This document shows, piece after piece, positions 44,505 through 48,689 of a stretch of DNA of 48,689 bases; position 1 is the first letter of the stretch, and every line of letters starts with the position of its first letter. Source of the DNA: Clostridia bacterium (GTDB lineage: Bacteria; Bacillota; Clostridia; Oscillospirales; CAG-272); contig JAFQHD010000214.1 in assembly GCA_017398145.1 (NCBI GenBank), forward strand, positions 1 through 48,689, read 5' to 3'. The notes under the pieces are model-generated. The model saw only the letters and a program-made list of their open reading frames with translations. It ran no database searches and was not told where the DNA came from. The translations under genes and the position numbers were made by a program.

Positions 44505-45236
44505 TTGGCTTTTCAATACGTATTCAAAAGATATGAATTCAAATATCTCATAACGAAAGAACAAAAAGCAAAATTACATACCCTGATGCAAGAATATATG
44601 CAGCCCGACGCTTACGGTAAGACGGTAATAAGAAATCTGTATTACGACACGCCTACGTACCTGTTGATACGGCGGTCGATAGATAAGCCCTTTTATAAGG
44701 AAAAGCTTCGGGTACGCAGCTATGCAAAGGCGGCTCCCGACAGCACGGTCTTTATTGAGCTGAAGAAAAAGTACGACTCGGTCGTTTACAAACGGCGGAT
44801 ATCAATGTCCGAGTCAGATACCTCCTTGTGGCTTACGGAACGTAAGCCTCCTGTCTCGGATTCCCAAATAAAGAGGGAAATATCTTATTTCCTGAACTGC
44901 TACGGAGAGCTTGCGCCTGCGGTTTTTCTTTCATATTCAAGAGAAGCTTTCTTTTCCCGTGACGCAAGTGGACTCCGTATAACCTTTGACGACAGCATTC
45001 TCTGCCGGTGTGAGGACCTATCGCTTCGTTCGGAGGTGTACGGAACGGAGCTTTTGCCGCCGGGTAAGGTGCTTATGGAGATTAAATGTATAGGCGGTAT
45101 GCCTCTGTGGCTGACGGGCTTTCTGTCAAGCGAGAAAATATACAAAACCTCATTTTCAAAATACGGAACGGCATACAGAGAGATTATTTTCCCTCGGCTG
45201 AAAGGAGAAATAAATGAATATTGCAAAAATTTTTAA
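44505..45236 (+). CDS. VTC-domain (polyphosphate-polymerase-like, CYTH/TTM tunnel fold) protein
   Basis: FKRYEFKYLI...IRNLYYDTP...EKLRVRSY...FIELKKK...KRR follows the charged beta-strand pattern of PF09359. A TTG start at 44505 (GAGGTG RBS) is preferred; the ORF could begin at 44454. Confidence 0.7.
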   Translation: MAFQYVFKRYEFKYLITKEQKAKLHTLMQEYMQPDAYGKTVIRNLYYDTPTYLLIRRSIDKPFYKEKLRVRSYAKAAPDSTVFIELKKKYDSVVYKRRISMSESDTSLWLTERKPPVSDSQIKREISYFLNCYGELAPAVFLSYSREAFFSRDASGLRITFDDSILCRCEDLSLRSEVYGTELLPPGKVLMEIKCIGGMPLWLTGFLSSEKIYKTSFSKYGTAYREIIFPRLKGEINEYCKNF

Positions 45237-45909
45237 TGGAATATTCGATCCCACGGCAGCGGTTATAGATATAACGGATTTTATCATATGTATGGCGGTG
45301 TCGGTGATTATCGGTCTTATAATTGCCGGAGCATATATGCTCACAGGCAAGTATACCAAGAGCTTTGTTGTAACTCTTGCGCTTTTGCCCTGCGTGGTAT
45401 GCGTGGTTATAATGATGGTCAACGGAAACGTAGGTGCGGGTGTTGCCGTTGCAGGTGCCTTCAGTCTTGTTCGTTTCAGATCCGTTCCCGGTACGGCAAA
45501 GGAAATATGCACCCTGTTTCTTGCTATGACCTCCGGTCTCATTGCGGGTATGGGTTATCTTGCATACGCCGTATTATTTACCGTTCTGCTGGGAATATTC
45601 TTTATTATATTTAACGTATCGGGCTTCGGTGCTGTGAAAGGCGGCAACAGATATAAGAGCATTCGTATAACCATACCCGAGGACTTGGATTATACCGATA
45701 TATTTGCAGAGATACTTGCTGAATATACTCTGTCCTATGAGCTTTCAATGGTCAAGACTACCAATATGGGCAGTATGTTCAGACTTACATATGATGTAGT
45801 TCTCCGCGACCCTGCAAAGGAAAAGCAGCTTATAGACGAGCTGCGATGCCGCAACGGAAATCTTGAGATACAGATATCAAATCAGATTACCGTAAATGAA
45901 AATTTATAA
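45214..45909 (+). CDS. DUF4956-family membrane protein
   Basis: 231 aa with 4 TM segments. SLVRFRSVPGTAKEI is the motif typical of DUF4956. The gene overlaps the VTC gene by 23 nt. Confidence 0.7.
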   Translation: MNIAKIFNGIFDPTAAVIDITDFIICMAVSVIIGLIIAGAYMLTGKYTKSFVVTLALLPCVVCVVIMMVNGNVGAGVAVAGAFSLVRFRSVPGTAKEICTLFLAMTSGLIAGMGYLAYAVLFTVLLGIFFIIFNVSGFGAVKGGNRYKSIRITIPEDLDYTDIFAEILAEYTLSYELSMVKTTNMGSMFRLTYDVVLRDPAKEKQLIDELRCRNGNLEIQISNQITVNENL

Positions 45910-45931
45910 AAATATATAAGGAGAAAAAATT

Positions 45932-48689
45932 ATGAAAAAGCTAAGACGCGCAATATCTTTATTGTTGATCGCGGTGCTTATGCTCTCTTTGTGCCCTCCG
46001 TTATCGGCGGCAACAAGCGAGGTACGTTGCACCTTGATCGGAAACAGCGGTGCTGTTTTTACTTTACCGGCAGGGGTCACCCTGTCAACCGACAGTGATC
46101 TCGTCGGGATATCTACTGCAAACGGCAAGACCTATGTTACGGCAGTAAGCGGTGCGGTAGGCGTTGCAGAGGTGTCACTTTCCAATGGATGTATTTACGA
46201 GATTCCCGTAGGCTATACTACCTTTGCATTCAACGGAGACTGTCTTACCGTTTACGAGGGCTCTGACACCAAGTACGAGATAGCGGGTATCAATGCAGCA
46301 AACGAGGAATACCTTGAAGGGGATGCCGCATATCCTCTGCCGGTGTATTACGATGCTGACGGTAATGCCGTATATCGTAATTCTGACAGCTACAGCCTGA
46401 ACGTAGCTATTAAGAAAAAGGGCGGTACGTACGTTTTTTACGGAAACAGTGACGATATGTCAATTTGCGTGAAGAAGGAAGCAACCGCAGAGGCACATTT
46501 GTATCTTGCGGGACTGAACCTGACGTCCTCCTTTACATCTCCCGTAACCGTAAAAAAGGATTCAACTACTACCGCATACATCACTTCTCTCGGTGGATTT
46601 TATAATACCCTTTCCGACTGCGAATTCAATAATGGCGATATATACGGTGATACGGCCGACGGCGGTGACGGAACCAACGCAGAGTACGCCGAGTCTGCCT
46701 GTATCAAGGGTAAGGACTACGCTAATGTTGTCGTCAACGGAAAGGGAACTCTTGAACTTAACTGTGTTACCAAAAACGCCGTCAAGGTGAACGAGTACGG
46801 ATCACTTACGATCGAGGACGTTACGCTTGTGGTAAATTCGGTAAAGCACGGTATCTCATCCGATAATACCCTTACCGTAAATTCGGGTAATATGATCGTC
46901 AATGCTGCAGAGGACGGTATCCGTTGCGATCCGACTGCGGTAGATGCGACTCTTGGATGTGCCTCGCTTATGACGGTCAACGGCGGATATATCAACGTAA
47001 ATTCAGGCTACGACGCTATTCAGTCGGCACAGGATATTTATATCAACGGCGGTATATTCAATATTACCGCAGGCGGAGGATATAACAGCTCTGCATTCGA
47101 TAAGGATACGATGAGCTGTAAGGGTATCAAGGCATCCTATAACGGTGAGGACGAGGATACCGTGGACACCTCTACCCTTACTCAGCATATACAGATCACG
47201 GACGGTATATTCAAACTTGATACGGCAGACGATTCGGTACACTCAGACGCTTATATAACCATAACCGGCGGTGATTTTGATATCGCCACGAGCGATGACG
47301 GTATTCATTCGGATACTACCCTTATCTTAGGCGAGGAAGGTGGAGACAACTCTAAGGTAAGAGTAAATATCTCTACCTGCTACGAGGGTATAGAATCAGG
47401 TACGGTAAACTTCTATTCCGGCACCTACGACGTACTGGCAACAAACGACGGCGTCAACTCTGCGGGCGGTTCGGATTCTTCCTCCGATACAGGTACGGGC
47501 GGCGGCTTTAACCCCGGCGGAGGCAGACCCGGACATAACAATAACAATTCGGGCGGCACCGCCTCTGCCGGCAGTTTTGCTCTTAACGTATACGGCGGAG
47601 ATCTTTTCGTCAACGTATCGAACGGCGACGGACTTGACTCCAACGGAACTCTGACTCTGTCGGGCGGTAATATTGAGGTATGGGGCGCACCTACCGGTCA
47701 GGACGGTGAGCCTGTTGACGGTGACGGAACGAAGACCATAAGCGGTGCTACGGTATTCGGCGCGGGCAACTCTATGATGTCAAGCTCATATTCAGGCTCT
47801 CAGACCGTTAAGACAAGTAACACTTCAATTTCTGCCGGTAAGACTATAAACGTCAAGAACGGCTCCACCACCGTTTTCAACAGAACGGCACTTAAGAAAG
47901 TAAGCTACGTTCTTTACAGCTCGCCCGCCACAACGTCAAGCTGGACGATATCGGCAGATTCCTCTGCACTTATAGATTCTCATACACATTCCTATACCAA
48001 GACGGCAGATATATCTGCTACCTGTATTTCAAACGGTATGATTTCATATGCCTGCACCGGCTGTAACGCGGTGTATACGGAGACCGTAGCTGCTTTAGGT
48101 CATAGGATGGGTTCTTATCTCAGTGATGATAATGAAAGTGACTACGTTACTGCTTCTGAGAGTGCATACTGTACAAACGGATGCGGAAAATTCGTAAGCG
48201 TTGCAGGGGAGCTTAAGGAGATCGTAGAAGTTCATACCCACAGCTACACTGCAGTTACTACCGATCCTACCTGTACAGACGATGGTAATATAATATATAC
48301 CTGTTCCTGTGGAGATAGCTATACCGAGTCAATTGCTGCTTTGGGTCATAGCTATACTGCAACTACTACAATTGCTACCTGTACCGAAGCAGGTTATACA
48401 ACCTATACCTGTTCCGTATGTGAGGATACATACATAGCAGATGAGATTGCGGCTCTCGGTCACAGCTTCGGTGCTTGGGTCGAGACCAAGGCTCCCACCA
48501 CCACCGAGGTTGGTATCGAGACCAGAACCTGTACGGTATGCGGTGCTACCGAAACACAGGACATTCCCATGCTTTCGGCAGATGCACCTATAGTTGCAGG
48601 TGTATATAACTACACCGTGACACTTAACGGTATCAACAATATCAAAGAGATCAGATTTGCTCTCGGTACCTACACCACAGGTGCACAGG
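45932..48689 (+). CDS. secreted beta-helix protein with Cthe_2159-type carbohydrate-binding domain plus His/Cys modules; 3' partial
   Basis: AAGGAG RBS and signal peptide MKKLRRAISLLLIAVLMLSL. Repeated rungs HGISSD, EDGIRCD, YDAIQS, DDSVHSD, DDGIHSD, NDGVNS and GDGLDSNG. The frame is open to the window end, and the C-terminal part repeats the HxY..TCT..G....CxxCG modules. Confidence 0.75.
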   Translation, partial: MKKLRRAISLLLIAVLMLSLCPPLSAATSEVRCTLIGNSGAVFTLPAGVTLSTDSDLVGISTANGKTYVTAVSGAVGVAEVSLSNGCIYEIPVGYTTFAFNGDCLTVYEGSDTKYEIAGINAANEEYLEGDAAYPLPVYYDADGNAVYRNSDSYSLNVAIKKKGGTYVFYGNSDDMSICVKKEATAEAHLYLAGLNLTSSFTSPVTVKKDSTTTAYITSLGGFYNTLSDCEFNNGDIYGDTADGGDGTNAEYAESACIKGKDYANVVVNGKGTLELNCVTKNAVKVNEYGSLTIEDVTLVVNSVKHGISSDNTLTVNSGNMIVNAAEDGIRCDPTAVDATLGCASLMTVNGGYINVNSGYDAIQSAQDIYINGGIFNITAGGGYNSSAFDKDTMSCKGIKASYNGEDEDTVDTSTLTQHIQITDGIFKLDTADDSVHSDAYITITGGDFDIATSDDGIHSDTTLILGEEGGDNSKVRVNISTCYEGIESGTVNFYSGTYDVLATNDGVNSAGGSDSSSDTGTGGGFNPGGGRPGHNNNNSGGTASAGSFALNVYGGDLFVNVSNGDGLDSNGTLTLSGGNIEVWGAPTGQDGEPVDGDGTKTISGATVFGAGNSMMSSSYSGSQTVKTSNTSISAGKTINVKNGSTTVFNRTALKKVSYVLYSSPATTSSWTISADSSALIDSHTHSYTKTADISATCISNGMISYACTGCNAVYTETVAALGHRMGSYLSDDNESDYVTASESAYCTNGCGKFVSVAGELKEIVEVHTHSYTAVTTDPTCTDDGNIIYTCSCGDSYTESIAALGHSYTATTTIATCTEAGYTTYTCSVCEDTYIADEIAALGHSFGAWVETKAPTTTEVGIETRTCTVCGATETQDIPMLSADAPIVAGVYNYTVTLNGINNIKEIRFALGTYTTGAQ
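48461..48552 (+). repeat. 92-nt tract identical to 41187-41278
   Basis: See the paired feature at 41187-41278. Confidence 0.9.

Noticed and set aside
1-48689. Search for tRNA/rRNA genes, transposases, integrases, phage genes and classical defence genes (restriction-modification, Cas, Abi and similar)
   Set aside because: None of the ORF translations shows the corresponding signatures, such as DDE or tyrosine-recombinase motifs, methyltransferase motifs or Cas domains. No tRNA-like T-arm (GGTTCGAATCC-type) sequence was spotted. The only toxin-like module is the zeta-type pair reported above.

Overview
This window looks like chromosomal DNA from a spore-forming Clostridia-type Firmicute. Supporting markers are spoIIE, an alpha/beta SASP gene, SLH-anchored wall proteins, and an mnmG-rsmG pair that usually lies near the origin. 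The genes, in order, are:
- the tail of a surface-polysaccharide locus (GT4 glycosyltransferase, Wzx flippase, then a PpaC-like DHH protein, an NMNAT-like nucleotidyltransferase and a histidine phosphatase);
- a disrupted PF14907 nucleotidyltransferase;
- an oppBCDFA peptide ABC operon whose oppA is frameshifted;
- a CHAP/lectin/SLH wall protein;
- a zeta-toxin pair;
- an atypical PBP;
- a GmhA-HAD / unknown / PfkB kinase / Gfo-Idh-MocA sugar-phosphate operon;
- spoIIE, glyA, metA, a galactokinase-family kinase, an MBL hydrolase, rlmH, a WG-repeat protein, mnmG and rsmG;
- a 1476-aa multidomain surface protein;
- an OmpR/HK pair divergent from a VTC-DUF4956-Cthe_2159 operon.

I saw no rRNA, tRNA, CRISPR array, transposase or integrase.

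The most unusual signals are:
- a family of long palindromic intergenic elements built from inverted 7-nt repeat arrays and hairpins, the most regular at 23520-23753;
- the uncharacterised VTC/DUF4956/beta-helix cluster with its own two-component system;
- the heptose-like operon;
- a His/Cys module shared by five secreted proteins;
- three independently disrupted genes.

All calls come from reading the supplied translations and the sequence by eye. No database search was run.
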